A DNA stretch of 64,000 nucleotides from a virus (lineage: Duplodnaviria; Caudoviricetes), in IMG/VR virus record IMGVR_UViG_2747842453_000002, positions 1 through 64,000 of that record; one strand, written 5' to 3'. Below the pieces are notes generated by a model that was not told the DNA's origin, did no database searches, and was given only the letters and a program-made list of their open reading frames with translations. Positions within the stretch are counted from its first letter, which is position 1. Every line of letters begins with the position of its first letter. The position numbers and the translations under genes were made by a program. Of the stretch, positions 47,643 through 57,710 are shown one piece after another.

Positions 47643-50441
47643 ATGAGTTATGTAGATGCATACTACAACAAAGACAAAGATATTGTAAATGTCGTTGAAC
47701 GAAAAGACGGCAAACGTATATATCAAGATTATCCAGCGTGGCGTACATTTTATGTGCGCGATGATAGAGGATCACATACTAGTATTCATGGTGAAAAAGT
47801 TCGTCAGGTAAAGGTAAAACGATTAAAAGACATGCACAAAGAATTGCGTATGAATTCTGATAAAAAAATATATGAGAGTGATATAAAACCTGAGGTTAGA
47901 TGTCTTGCTGAAAACTATCTGAATTTAGATTCACCAAAATTAAATGTTGCATTCTTCGATATTGAAGTTGACTTTGACGCTGATAAAGGATTTGCGCCAC
48001 CTGAAGATCCTTTTATGCCAATTACTGCTATTACAGTACACTTACAATGGTCAAATCAACTTGTTACCTTTGTTATGCCACCAGAGCATATGAGGGATGG
48101 TGAAGGTCTAGTAGAAGCACAGCGTCTATGTGATAAATTTCCAGATACATTTCTATATCTAAGTGAAGCCGACATGTTAAATGACTTCTTAACACTTATA
48201 GATGATGCAGATGTTCTTAGCGGATGGAATAGCGAAGGCTTTGATATTCCGTACACCGTAAATCGTATTGTTCGAGTTTTAAGCAAATCACATACTCGTA
48301 AATTATGCCTCTGGGACCTTCTTCCAAAAGCAAAGACTATCGTTAAGTATGGCAAAGAACAAATTAGTTATGTTTTAAGTGGACGTATTCATCTAGATTA
48401 TCTAGAATTATATCGCAAATATACATACCATGAAATGCATTCATACTCACTTGATGCAATTGGCGAATATGAATTAAGTGAACGAAAAGTTGCATATGAA
48501 GGTACATTGGATCAACTATATAATCAAGATTTTTATAAGTTTATAGAATATAATAGACAAGATGTTGCATTACTTGATAACCTAGATAAAAAACTAAGAT
48601 TCATTGATCTAGCGAATGAAATCGCGCATGACAATACCGTTAATATTCAAACTACAATGGGTGCTGTTGCTGTTACCGAACAGGCAATTATCAATGAAGC
48701 ACATCGTCGAGGTATGGTTGTGCCCGATAGAAAAAAACGTAGTTGGGATGTGGAAGATGAAGATTATGAACCAACACTAGAAGAGGAAGCAGCCGCAGAA
48801 GCACAGAAAGCAGCGGGCGCATTTGTTGCTAATCCTCAGATTGGCGTACAACGATGGGTAGCAGGTATTGATATTAATTCTCTATACCCGAGTATTATTC
48901 GTGCATTGAATATGTCGCCGGAAACCATCACTGCACAACTAAGACAAGATTATACAGAAGAAATGATACAAAATCGTATCAGGTCTGGACGCGGTGGTAA
49001 GAACAAAGGCTATGGTGCAGCACAAGCATGGGAAGATACATTTTCAACAGAAGAATTTAGGTTCTTTAATGAAAAAGATAAAACAACCATAATGAATTTA
49101 GACATGGAGAATGGTGAGGTACATGAAGTTACTGGTGCAGAAGCATTCGATTTAGTATATAATTCAGATTTGCCATGGGCTATAAGTGCGAATGGTACCG
49201 TATTCAAACAAGATATTCAAGGTATTATTCCTAGTCTGTTAGAACGCTGGTATGCTGAACGTAAAGTTCTTCAAAAGAATATGCGTGAAGTTAGAGAAAA
49301 CGGTGGCTCAGATGAAGAAATTGCGTTTTGGGATAAACGACAACTAGTTAAGAAGATTAACTTGAACAGCCTATACGGTGCGATTTTGAATCAAGGCTGT
49401 CGATTTTATGATAAGCGCATCGGACAATCTACTACTCTGTCAGGTCGTTGCATCACAAGACATATGGGTGCAAAGACAAATGAAGTAATCGATGGCACAT
49501 ATGATTATAAAGGCAAATCCGTGATATACGGTGACACAGATTCTATCTATTATTCAATGTATCCATCATATCAAAAAGAGATTGATAGTGGTGAGATTGA
49601 ATGGAATAAAGAAATTGCTCTTACAATGTATGATGAAATCGCCAATCAAGTTAATGCTAGTTTTCCAGATTTTATGAAAGAGTTTTTCAATTGTCCACGC
49701 AACCAAGGCGAAATCATTGCCGCTGGACGTGAGAACTTAGCAACTATGGCTATCTTTATTAAGAAGAAAAGATATGCTATGCTTATCTATGATGATGATG
49801 GTATACGGCGTGATATTGATGGCAAACCTGGCAAAGTAAAAGCAATGGGACTTGACTTGAAACGTAGTGATACTCCTGATTATATGCAAAACTTTCTTAG
49901 TGAATGTCTTGTTAAAGTTCTTACCGGCGGCGAACAAAACGATATTATTACAATGGTTAAAGAATTCAAAAAAGAATTTCGTGAAAAGCCTGGTTGGGAG
50001 AAAGGCACTCCTAAACGTGTTAATAATTTAACTAAGTTTAAAAATGATGTATCAAAATATAAACGTGCACAAAATGCAGATTTTAAATTACGAAGATCAG
50101 AAGACAAACTGGAAAAGCCACGTTTACCCGGACATGTTAGTGCAGCATTGAATTGGAATACTTTGCGTGAAATGAATGGTGATAGATACTCAGTTGAAAT
50201 AACTGATGGTATGAAAACTATTGTATGTAAATTACGTGATAATCCAATGAAAATGACAAGTATTGCATATCCAATTGATGAACCTCGTATTCCACAATGG
50301 TTTCAGGATCTTCCATTTGACCATGATTCTATGGAAATAGCAATTATTGATAAAAAGATTGATAATCTAATTGGTGTTCTAAAGTGGGATCTTAGTGCTG
50401 CAAACACCAGTGAACAATTTGAAAATTTATTTGAGTTTTAA
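47643..50441 (+). CDS. Family B DNA polymerase (gp43-like)
   Basis: FFDIEVD (Exo I), GWNSEGFDIPY, DINSLYPSII, KINLNSLYG and YGDTDS. Confidence 0.95.
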   Translation: MSYVDAYYNKDKDIVNVVERKDGKRIYQDYPAWRTFYVRDDRGSHTSIHGEKVRQVKVKRLKDMHKELRMNSDKKIYESDIKPEVRCLAENYLNLDSPKLNVAFFDIEVDFDADKGFAPPEDPFMPITAITVHLQWSNQLVTFVMPPEHMRDGEGLVEAQRLCDKFPDTFLYLSEADMLNDFLTLIDDADVLSGWNSEGFDIPYTVNRIVRVLSKSHTRKLCLWDLLPKAKTIVKYGKEQISYVLSGRIHLDYLELYRKYTYHEMHSYSLDAIGEYELSERKVAYEGTLDQLYNQDFYKFIEYNRQDVALLDNLDKKLRFIDLANEIAHDNTVNIQTTMGAVAVTEQAIINEAHRRGMVVPDRKKRSWDVEDEDYEPTLEEEAAAEAQKAAGAFVANPQIGVQRWVAGIDINSLYPSIIRALNMSPETITAQLRQDYTEEMIQNRIRSGRGGKNKGYGAAQAWEDTFSTEEFRFFNEKDKTTIMNLDMENGEVHEVTGAEAFDLVYNSDLPWAISANGTVFKQDIQGIIPSLLERWYAERKVLQKNMREVRENGGSDEEIAFWDKRQLVKKINLNSLYGAILNQGCRFYDKRIGQSTTLSGRCITRHMGAKTNEVIDGTYDYKGKSVIYGDTDSIYYSMYPSYQKEIDSGEIEWNKEIALTMYDEIANQVNASFPDFMKEFFNCPRNQGEIIAAGRENLATMAIFIKKKRYAMLIYDDDGIRRDIDGKPGKVKAMGLDLKRSDTPDYMQNFLSECLVKVLTGGEQNDIITMVKEFKKEFREKPGWEKGTPKRVNNLTKFKNDVSKYKRAQNADFKLRRSEDKLEKPRLPGHVSAALNWNTLREMNGDRYSVEITDGMKTIVCKLRDNPMKMTSIAYPIDEPRIPQWFQDLPFDHDSMEIAIIDKKIDNLIGVLKWDLSAANTSEQFENLFEF

Positions 50442-50442
50442 A

Positions 50443-51018
50443 ATGGCTAAAAAGACTTATACAAAACTAGTACAAAATTTAGGCAGAAATGCTGCATCAG
50501 ACGAGTGTTATACACCGCCTGATAGTATAGAACCGCTGTTGAAGTACTTAGACAAGAATGCGACTTACTATGAAGCAACAAGTGGCAAATCAGGTCTTAT
50601 TGTAGAAGGGTTTACCAAATTTGGTTACAATATTGAGCCAAGCAACGGTAAAGATTTCTTTGAATGTGTGCCACGTGATGTACATGACGGAGTAATCACA
50701 AATCCTCCCTACTCCATAAAAGATAAGTTTATCCGGCATTGTTATGATTTGGGCAAACCATTTGCATTATTCTTGCCCGTTGCAAGTTTTCAAGGAGCGG
50801 GAAGAGGCAAAATGTTTATGGAATATGGTATGTCTGCACTAGTTTACAATAATCGTGTTGACTTTACTGGTGGTGGCTCACCACCATTTGGAAACGCCTG
50901 GTTTATACATGGATTTTTACCACCGAATACAATCTATTGGGTTGATAATCCATCTACAGCAAATCCAAGAAAAACAAAAGAACAACAATCATCTCAATTC
51001 GATATTTTATTTGAATAA
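50443..51018 (+). CDS. Phage N6-adenine DNA methyltransferase-like protein
   Basis: DECYTP, GKDFF, ITNPPYS and KPFALFLP. Confidence 0.7.
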   Translation: MAKKTYTKLVQNLGRNAASDECYTPPDSIEPLLKYLDKNATYYEATSGKSGLIVEGFTKFGYNIEPSNGKDFFECVPRDVHDGVITNPPYSIKDKFIRHCYDLGKPFALFLPVASFQGAGRGKMFMEYGMSALVYNNRVDFTGGGSPPFGNAWFIHGFLPPNTIYWVDNPSTANPRKTKEQQSSQFDILFE

Positions 51019-51023
51019 AACAC

Positions 51024-51052
51024 TTGACATTTATTTCTACCTCTGATATAAA
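51024..51052 (+). promoter_or_regulatory. sigma70-type promoter
   Basis: TTGACA-17-TATAAA with extended TG. Confidence 0.7.
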
Positions 51053-51090
51053 ACAATCATAGATAGAATCAATACCGAAAGGTTATATAA

Positions 51091-53682
51091 ATGTTTAAGA
51101 ATACACAATGTAATACAATAACAATGGCAAGTACATTGTCAATGTTACTATGTACTACTGCTATTGCTGATACTAGTTCCATGCAATCAGATAGTGATGG
51201 ATTACTACAAAATCAATGGATTAAAACAGGTATTAATCAAGAATCAGGAACATTCGGTAGTGGAGATAGTAATACTCCCGGTGTACTATTCGATCCTACC
51301 GGTACAGGATCATTTAATAATAATTATGACTATCTAACACCAGGTGCACCATTTGATGGTCAAGCACTTATGGTAGACGGTGCAAATTATAAAAATAACA
51401 ACTGGTCAGTGTATTCAACTGATATTGTTGATTCAGATGGACTTTCAGATGGAACTAGTAGCATAACATGGAGTGGCGATGTCAGCCATAATGATTCCAC
51501 TTGGAATGTTAAGAATGTATTTAAACTAGAAGATAACAAATCTTACATTGATGTTACAACAACGGTGACCGCTGGTTCAGATGCAGCATCAGTAAATTAT
51601 GGAAAGTACATCGATCCAGATTCACAAGGTGTGGCAGGCGATACCAGCGCAACTGAAAATGTATTAGGTTATTCTGGTGTTCCAGAGACTAATCTGGTTA
51701 TTAGCGAAGCAAATGTTTCAAAATATGCACTAGGATTATATACAACAGATACTAACGTAACTGCAGGTATTCAATCATGGGCAACAGATGCGGATGCATA
51801 TGATGGTTCAAAATATAAAAATGCGGACGGTGAAGAAGTTCCATATGGAACAGGCGACGATACAATTGGTATTAGTTGGCACTGGACTGATGTTGCAGTA
51901 GGTGATATTCTTTCAATAAACTATGCATACATTTTAGGCGAAACTGTCTTTGATGCCATTGAAGATTCAGAAGACGCTGGCGGTGGTGCTGATAATGATT
52001 GGGTGGTTGAAGATATTGGAACTGCAACAGAAGCCGCAATCGCTGCACCAGCACGTGAGGCGGCAGCGGCAGAAGCCGCAGAAGCAGAAGCAGCGCGGGT
52101 AGCAGCCGCAGAGGCAGAGGCGGCACGTGTAGCAGAGGCAGAGGCAGAGGCAGCACGTATTGCAGCCGCAGACGCAGAGGCGGCACGTGTAGCAGCCGCA
52201 GAAGCAGAAGCAGCGCGGGTAGCAGAGGCAGAGGCAGAAGCAGCGCGGGTAGCAGAAGCAGATGCAGAAGCAGCACGTTTTGCAGCCGCAGAAGCAGAGG
52301 CGGCACGTGTAGCAGCCGTAGAAGCAGCAGAGGCAGCAGAGGCAGCACGTATTGCAGCGGAAGCAGCAGAAGCGGCAGAAGCGGCAGAAGCAGCAGAGGT
52401 GGCACGTGTTGCGGCAGAAGAGGCGGCAGCAGCAGAAGAGGCACGTATTGCAGCAATAGAGGCAGAAGCGGCACGTGTAGCGGCGGCGGAAGAGGCGGCG
52501 GCGGAAGAGGCGGCGGCGGCAGAAGCGGCGCGAGTAGTAGCCGAAAAGGTTGTAGAAGTTGCTGAAGATACGGCTATAATTTCTGAACCAATGGTAATGG
52601 GATTTGGTTTCCAACGTGCTGTTTTTATTGCGCCTTCGATAATAGATACATCTAATGAAACTATTACATCAACAACTGAAACGCAAAGTACCACATTGCC
52701 AGTGCTAACATCTAACATCATAAAGTATGATTCTACAGTTGATAATAACTTGCAAACTATCTCTAAAGAAAATTTCACACTAGTAACAACGCCAATGGAC
52801 GTTATAACAAATTCATTTGTTCGTACTACAGAAACATATGATGATGGTTCAGAGGTAGTAACAGATGGAGATACAACTACAACAACAATCGTGCGAAATG
52901 ATATTGTCAAAACATCTAGTAATATTGAATCAGTTGTTGGTAGAGTTGATCAGGTAGAACAATTGTTAGGCATTGACATTCATAGAAATATGGATATTAA
53001 TAATGGCATCACTGTTACAAAAACAGATCATAAGATGAATAATGGCTATAATGCAGAAACAAATGTGTATAGCGTTGGCATCGAAGACATTGGAAGTAAT
53101 GATAATATATTGTTTGGTGTAGAGTATAATGAAGTTAATACAACTATGACAGGAAGTGATAGTAATGGTAGTATGAAAACCCACGCATATAGAATTGATA
53201 TTGGCAAATCATTTGATAACAATGATACAAAATTAACCACATCATTTAATCATACAACATCCGATATTTCATATTCTAGAACAATTGGCAACTATGCAGC
53301 AGGCGGCGTGACTACCTCAACCGATAATTATGCAAGTCTTATGTTAGAAAAAGAAACTGGCAATGTTCGTCCATTCTTTGGTTACACAATCGGAAATCGA
53401 AAAACTCAAGGTCACACCGAAACTGGTGATGTACTAGCAGTTTTAGATTATACAACTGAAAGTGACACATATAATTATGCAACAGTTGGTGTTAACATTG
53501 ATTATGGTATTATTACTGCAAGTATTCGCAAAGATTTTGATACATATAATACCACCAGCATTGATTTAGATATCAATAAATCGATTGATGATAAAGTTAA
53601 TTTGATTCTAGGAGTTAATCGGAATATATCAAACTATGATACTAGTGATTCCGTAACTGCAGGTTTATCTTGGACTTTCTAA
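51091..53682 (+). CDS. Autotransporter/outer-membrane-protein-like protein with Ala/Glu coiled-coil stalk
   Basis: Signal-peptide-like LSMLLCTTAIA-D, AEAEAARVA repeats, and an amphipathic beta-rich C-terminus ending AGLSWTF. Confidence 0.6.
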   Translation: MFKNTQCNTITMASTLSMLLCTTAIADTSSMQSDSDGLLQNQWIKTGINQESGTFGSGDSNTPGVLFDPTGTGSFNNNYDYLTPGAPFDGQALMVDGANYKNNNWSVYSTDIVDSDGLSDGTSSITWSGDVSHNDSTWNVKNVFKLEDNKSYIDVTTTVTAGSDAASVNYGKYIDPDSQGVAGDTSATENVLGYSGVPETNLVISEANVSKYALGLYTTDTNVTAGIQSWATDADAYDGSKYKNADGEEVPYGTGDDTIGISWHWTDVAVGDILSINYAYILGETVFDAIEDSEDAGGGADNDWVVEDIGTATEAAIAAPAREAAAAEAAEAEAARVAAAEAEAARVAEAEAEAARIAAADAEAARVAAAEAEAARVAEAEAEAARVAEADAEAARFAAAEAEAARVAAVEAAEAAEAARIAAEAAEAAEAAEAAEVARVAAEEAAAAEEARIAAIEAEAARVAAAEEAAAEEAAAAEAARVVAEKVVEVAEDTAIISEPMVMGFGFQRAVFIAPSIIDTSNETITSTTETQSTTLPVLTSNIIKYDSTVDNNLQTISKENFTLVTTPMDVITNSFVRTTETYDDGSEVVTDGDTTTTTIVRNDIVKTSSNIESVVGRVDQVEQLLGIDIHRNMDINNGITVTKTDHKMNNGYNAETNVYSVGIEDIGSNDNILFGVEYNEVNTTMTGSDSNGSMKTHAYRIDIGKSFDNNDTKLTTSFNHTTSDISYSRTIGNYAAGGVTTSTDNYASLMLEKETGNVRPFFGYTIGNRKTQGHTETGDVLAVLDYTTESDTYNYATVGVNIDYGIITASIRKDFDTYNTTSIDLDINKSIDDKVNLILGVNRNISNYDTSDSVTAGLSWTF
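52055..52545 (+). repeat. GC-rich coding tandem repeats (AEAEAARVAAA)
   Basis: Repeated GCAGAGGCGGCACGTGTAGCA-type units. Confidence 0.9.
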
Positions 53683-53767
53683 GATTATAAAAATACAAAG
53701 TTGTCGATTTATATTGACAACTTTGCTTAATTATGATAATATATAACATATAACATAGGAGAACGCA

Positions 53768-54523
53768 ATGCGTGACATTTTAAAAGATATTGTAAAACAC
53801 ACACATGGTCTTGGTATTATCCAAGCAGTGAAAGTTACAACAGATGATAATTCAACCGTATTAGATGCAATGGATGATGATAGAACTGTTGTGCTACGAG
53901 CAAAAATGCACAATCGGGTAGAAGAATTTGCAGGCAAATTTGGTATGGGACGCTTGGGTGTAACAAGTGGATATCTATCATACGAAAACACAGATGATAG
54001 TGGTAAAAGTTACGGTGCTGATATAAGTGTAGGAACAATGGAACGTAATGGTGAAACTGTTCCATCTGAGTTTAAATTTTCAATGAAGGGTGTATTTGAT
54101 GCTACGTATCGTGTAATTTCGAGTGAACTAGTAGACTCACAAATTAAAACAGCAAACTTCAGAGGGGCTAAATGGGATGTAGAAATTATGCCTTCTTCGA
54201 AGGCCGTTAAAGATTTACAGACATTTGCAGGTATTTTGAGTGCATATGATCCATTATTTACGGTGAAAACTGAAGGAAATGATCTACTGTTTCATATCGG
54301 TGATGCAGCAACAGATAAACTAAGTTTGAAGTTTGCGACAAACGTAGAGGGCACACTAAGTACTGGTTGGAGTTTTCCACTTGCAACAGTTTTAACTATT
54401 TTAAAATTAGGCGATACTTCTACAATGAGCATCAAAATTTCAGATCAGGGGGCAATGGCAATTCATATTGATTCTGGTATGGGATTGTATGAGTATATTC
54501 TACCAGCAAAATCTGGCAACTAA
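53768..54523 (+). CDS. Sliding-clamp-like protein (gp45/beta-clamp fold)
   Basis: 251 aa alternating alpha/beta pattern ending GLYEYILPA; replication context; sigma70 promoter at 53714. Confidence 0.55.
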   Translation: MRDILKDIVKHTHGLGIIQAVKVTTDDNSTVLDAMDDDRTVVLRAKMHNRVEEFAGKFGMGRLGVTSGYLSYENTDDSGKSYGADISVGTMERNGETVPSEFKFSMKGVFDATYRVISSELVDSQIKTANFRGAKWDVEIMPSSKAVKDLQTFAGILSAYDPLFTVKTEGNDLLFHIGDAATDKLSLKFATNVEGTLSTGWSFPLATVLTILKLGDTSTMSIKISDQGAMAIHIDSGMGLYEYILPAKSGN

Positions 54524-54579
54524 TAGTTGCCAGACATTTCATTATATAATAATATCATAGTATGGAGGATAACTAAAGT

Positions 54580-54759
54580 ATGCATATTGACAAAAAATTA
54601 CAAAGATTAGAACAACTAAAAATCGAACATCGAACACTTGATACCCGTGTAAAAAAAGAGTACAATCTAAGAAATGATGTAGCAGAACTAAAAGTGAAAA
54701 AACTTAGATTGAAGCAAGAAATTTTAGATATTGAAAAGGACCTAAATATCATTGAATAA
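54580..54759 (+). CDS. YdcH/DUF465-like coiled-coil protein (59 aa)
   Basis: LKIEHRTLD...LKVKKLRLKQEI; GGAGG RBS. Confidence 0.7.
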   Translation: MHIDKKLQRLEQLKIEHRTLDTRVKKEYNLRNDVAELKVKKLRLKQEILDIEKDLNIIE

Positions 54760-54766
54760 ATTCTAA

Positions 54767-55219
54767 GTTAATTTAAGAATATTATACCCAGGATCAAAAA
54801 ATGTTACATTCGAAACCAACACTACGCAGCATCTTTGCGATGAACTCTTCAATTATTTCAACAATAATGATTACCTTCAAGTCACTTTTAGTTGCTCACC
54901 AAAACTATCCGTTTCGGGCGAGTCTTGGGATGATTCTATTAAGCCTAACATTGCTTATGAGTATAATATTTTGGATGCTAGTGACGTTTACTTTAAGTTT
55001 GTTGTTTCTGATAGAAACGATGTTGACGAAGTTACTAGGGCTGTTCAGCAATACAGGAATGCCGGGTTGGAATGCCCAGTATATCTTATGCCGATGGGGG
55101 GACGCAGTGAAGAATATTCCCTTAACGTACAGGAAGTGGCGAAACTCTGCATGGCGCAAGGATGAAGATTTGCACCAAGACTCCACATATCTTTATTCGG
55201 AAATGCCTGGGGGACTTGA
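54767..55219 (+). pseudogene. queE: queE (7-carboxy-7-deazaguanine synthase) C-terminal remnant
   Basis: NVTFETNTTQ..FSCSPKLS..YFKFVV..VYLMPMG..QG*RFAPRLHISLFGNAWGT. The radical-SAM N-terminus is absent and there is an in-frame TGA at 55163-55165. Confidence 0.8.
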
Positions 55220-55285
55220 CGAGGTTGCAAAATATAATCGTGGTATTACATCAGATGAACAATTGGAAAATATTAGGAAAAAAAT

Positions 55286-55468
55286 ATGAAAGATCCAAAG
55301 GTAGAAGACATGATTAAGGAACTAAAAACATTGATGAAAGACCTTAATAAATTAAATGTAAAATTGTATAAGCAAGGGGTGTCATATAGGCTAAACGATG
55401 GTTATGATGAAAAAACAGTATCTAAATTTATAGAAATACAACACCTAAAACAAACTGTGGAGTACTAA
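55286..55468 (+). CDS. Hypothetical protein
   Basis: 60-aa ORF with an AGGA RBS. Confidence 0.6.
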   Translation: MKDPKVEDMIKELKTLMKDLNKLNVKLYKQGVSYRLNDGYDEKTVSKFIEIQHLKQTVEY

Positions 55469-55472
55469 TCTT

Positions 55473-55946
55473 ATGAGTAAAATAAAAGATTGGTTCATAA
55501 CAATTCTTATGGATCAAAAAAGTAAAGAAAAATATCTCATTGAAAAGGCGCCGGATAATGATTCAAAAAAAAGAAAACTTTTAGATTATAATCTAAAACA
55601 TTCTAATATTACACAAGATGAATTTGATAAACAAACGGCAACATTGGATGGTGAGCCGTATATTCGTGTCGTTAATTTAGAAATGGATTCCAAATCGCCA
55701 AGTGCGGGATATTTTGAACTAGACTTTAATGAAAATTTTGTTGAATATCTTGCTGATAGTGGATATGAAGGTGTAGAGCCAGATGAAATAGTTGATAATT
55801 GGTTCAATGATTTGTGTCAAAATATTGTAATGGAAGGATTAGAAGATAGCGATGGCATAACAAAAAGTGTAGATACAAAAAGCAAACAAGGTCTAATCAT
55901 TCAAAAATTAAAAACTGATAATGATGATACAGTAGAATACTCTTGA
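55473..55946 (+). CDS. Hypothetical phage protein
   Basis: ATLDGEPYIRV..GYFELDFN..VDNWFNDLC; operon position. Confidence 0.65.
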   Translation: MSKIKDWFITILMDQKSKEKYLIEKAPDNDSKKRKLLDYNLKHSNITQDEFDKQTATLDGEPYIRVVNLEMDSKSPSAGYFELDFNENFVEYLADSGYEGVEPDEIVDNWFNDLCQNIVMEGLEDSDGITKSVDTKSKQGLIIQKLKTDNDDTVEYS

Positions 55947-55999
55947 CATTCACAATAAAATCATCTATGATAGAATCATATTCATAAACAGAGGTAATA

Positions 56000-57001
56000 A
56001 TGGCTACTTTCATTCTAGTTGATAGTCTCAACATGTATCATCGTGCAAAGCATGTGACACATCGTGGTGCTGATATCGACACTAAAATTGGCATGTCTTT
56101 TCACATTATGATGTCCAGTGTGAAGATGTGCTATAATATGTTTAATGCAGATCATGCAGTTTTTTGTTTAGAAGGACGCAGTTGGCGTAAGGACTTCTAT
56201 ACACCATATAAAGCACAGCGTAGAGCCGCACAGATGGCAAAAAGTGAACGTGAACAAGAAGAAGATGCTATCATGTTTGGTGCATATGATAATATGATAA
56301 AGTTCTTAGATGAACGCACCAATTGTACATTGTTACAAAATCCAGAAGCAGAAGCAGATGATATGATTGCGCTGTTTATTGAATCGCATCCAAATGATCA
56401 TCATGTTATTATCAGTAGTGATAGCGATTATCAACAGTTAATTTGTGATAACGTGACAATCTACGATGGTGTACAAAATCGTATTATTACACCAGATGGA
56501 TTCTTCAAAGATGATAAGAAACGTACACCCATTAAAGATAAAAAAACCAAAGAAGTATTATCTCCACCTGACCCCGAGTGGTTGCTTTTTGAAAAGTGTA
56601 TTCGTGGCGATACAAGTGATAATATATTCAGTGCTTATCCTGGTTGTCGCAAGAAAGGCACTAAGAACAAAGTAGGCATGATTGAAGCATATGAAGATCG
56701 TAATACAGGTGGCTTCAATTGGAATAACTTTATGCTACAGCGTTGGACAGATCATAATGGCGAAGAACATACAGTACGTGATATGTATGAACGTAATAAA
56801 AAGTTGATTGATCTTACTGCGCAGCCACAAGATTTAAAGATAAAGTTTATTGAAACTATCGCTGATCGCAGTATTCCTAAGAACAAAGCAGGTGTTGGCG
56901 TAAACTTTCTTCGCTGGTGCGGCGAATGGGACTTACAAAATCTAGCAAAAGCACCAGATGAAATGGCTGCTATCTTAAATAAAGGTTATCCACATGCTTA
57001 G
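56000..57001 (+). CDS. rnh: T4 RNase H-like 5'-3' exonuclease
   Basis: LVDSLN, SWRKDFYTPYK, EADD, SSDSD and GDTSDNI; promoter TTGACA 55943-17-TATGAT. Confidence 0.85.
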   Translation: MATFILVDSLNMYHRAKHVTHRGADIDTKIGMSFHIMMSSVKMCYNMFNADHAVFCLEGRSWRKDFYTPYKAQRRAAQMAKSEREQEEDAIMFGAYDNMIKFLDERTNCTLLQNPEAEADDMIALFIESHPNDHHVIISSDSDYQQLICDNVTIYDGVQNRIITPDGFFKDDKKRTPIKDKKTKEVLSPPDPEWLLFEKCIRGDTSDNIFSAYPGCRKKGTKNKVGMIEAYEDRNTGGFNWNNFMLQRWTDHNGEEHTVRDMYERNKKLIDLTAQPQDLKIKFIETIADRSIPKNKAGVGVNFLRWCGEWDLQNLAKAPDEMAAILNKGYPHA

Positions 57002-57710
57002 ATTCATCTTTGATGTAGATGGCACACTAACTCCAAGTAGATGTGCTATTGATCCAAAGTTTTTAAGATTTATGTTGAGATTTGTAAAAGACAATTCTGT
57101 ATACTTAGCAACAGGAAGTGATGCGCCAAAGACTATTGAGCAAATAGGAAAAGAATTATTTAATTCTGTAACACGTTCTTATAACTGTAATGGTAATTCT
57201 GTATGGGAGAAAGGTGTAAATATACATAATAATCCATGGAAGATAAAAGTACCAGCACATCAAACATTACGATACTGGTTAGAAAATACAAAATTTCCAC
57301 ATCTTACCGGCACTCATATTGAAGAACGCCCGGGCATGGTTAACTTCTCAATTGTGGGACGGGGTGCTAATACTGAACAACGTGCAGAGTATGTAAAGTG
57401 GGACAAAGAATATAATGAACGTGAAAACATGGCATTGTATATTAATTACAACAATGATGAATTTAAAGATGTAACTGCCACGGTAGGTGGAGAGACTGGT
57501 ATTGATATAGGTCCCACGGGCTCTGATAAGAGCCAGATACTTACAGACTTCAATAAAAATGATACAATTGTATTCTTTGGAGATGGCATCTTTGATGGCG
57601 GAAATGATTACACACTAGCACAGACAATTAAGAAAAAAGGTGTAGGTAGAACCCACAAAGTATCCAAGTGGGAAGAAACATATGAGATTTTAAAGAATGT
57701 ATACAGTTGA
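56994..57710 (+). CDS. HAD-IIB phosphomannomutase-like enzyme
   Basis: FDVDGTLTPSR, IEERPGMVNFSIVGR, GGETGIDI and FFGD..GGNDY. Confidence 0.85.
   Translation: MLRFIFDVDGTLTPSRCAIDPKFLRFMLRFVKDNSVYLATGSDAPKTIEQIGKELFNSVTRSYNCNGNSVWEKGVNIHNNPWKIKVPAHQTLRYWLENTKFPHLTGTHIEERPGMVNFSIVGRGANTEQRAEYVKWDKEYNERENMALYINYNNDEFKDVTATVGGETGIDIGPTGSDKSQILTDFNKNDTIVFFGDGIFDGGNDYTLAQTIKKKGVGRTHKVSKWEETYEILKNVYS

Noticed and set aside
47643-50441. Intein or intron in the DNA polymerase
   Set aside because: The ORF is continuous at normal length, with no intein splice motifs or homing endonuclease seen.
51872-52910. CRISPR array or antisense genes in the GC-rich repeat
   Set aside because: The repeats are in-frame codon repeats without unique spacers; the minus-strand ORFs are shadows.
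55163-55165. TGA read as Trp (alternative genetic code) to rescue queE
   Set aside because: Long genes use TGG for Trp and several end cleanly at TGA (17305, 20132, 40469, 45178). queE also lacks its N-terminal half.
54801-55289. 162-aa ORF as a real gene
   Set aside because: It lies in another frame over the queE remnant and has no recognisable motifs. Only its last ~28 codons (from ATG 55203) might be a real small gene.
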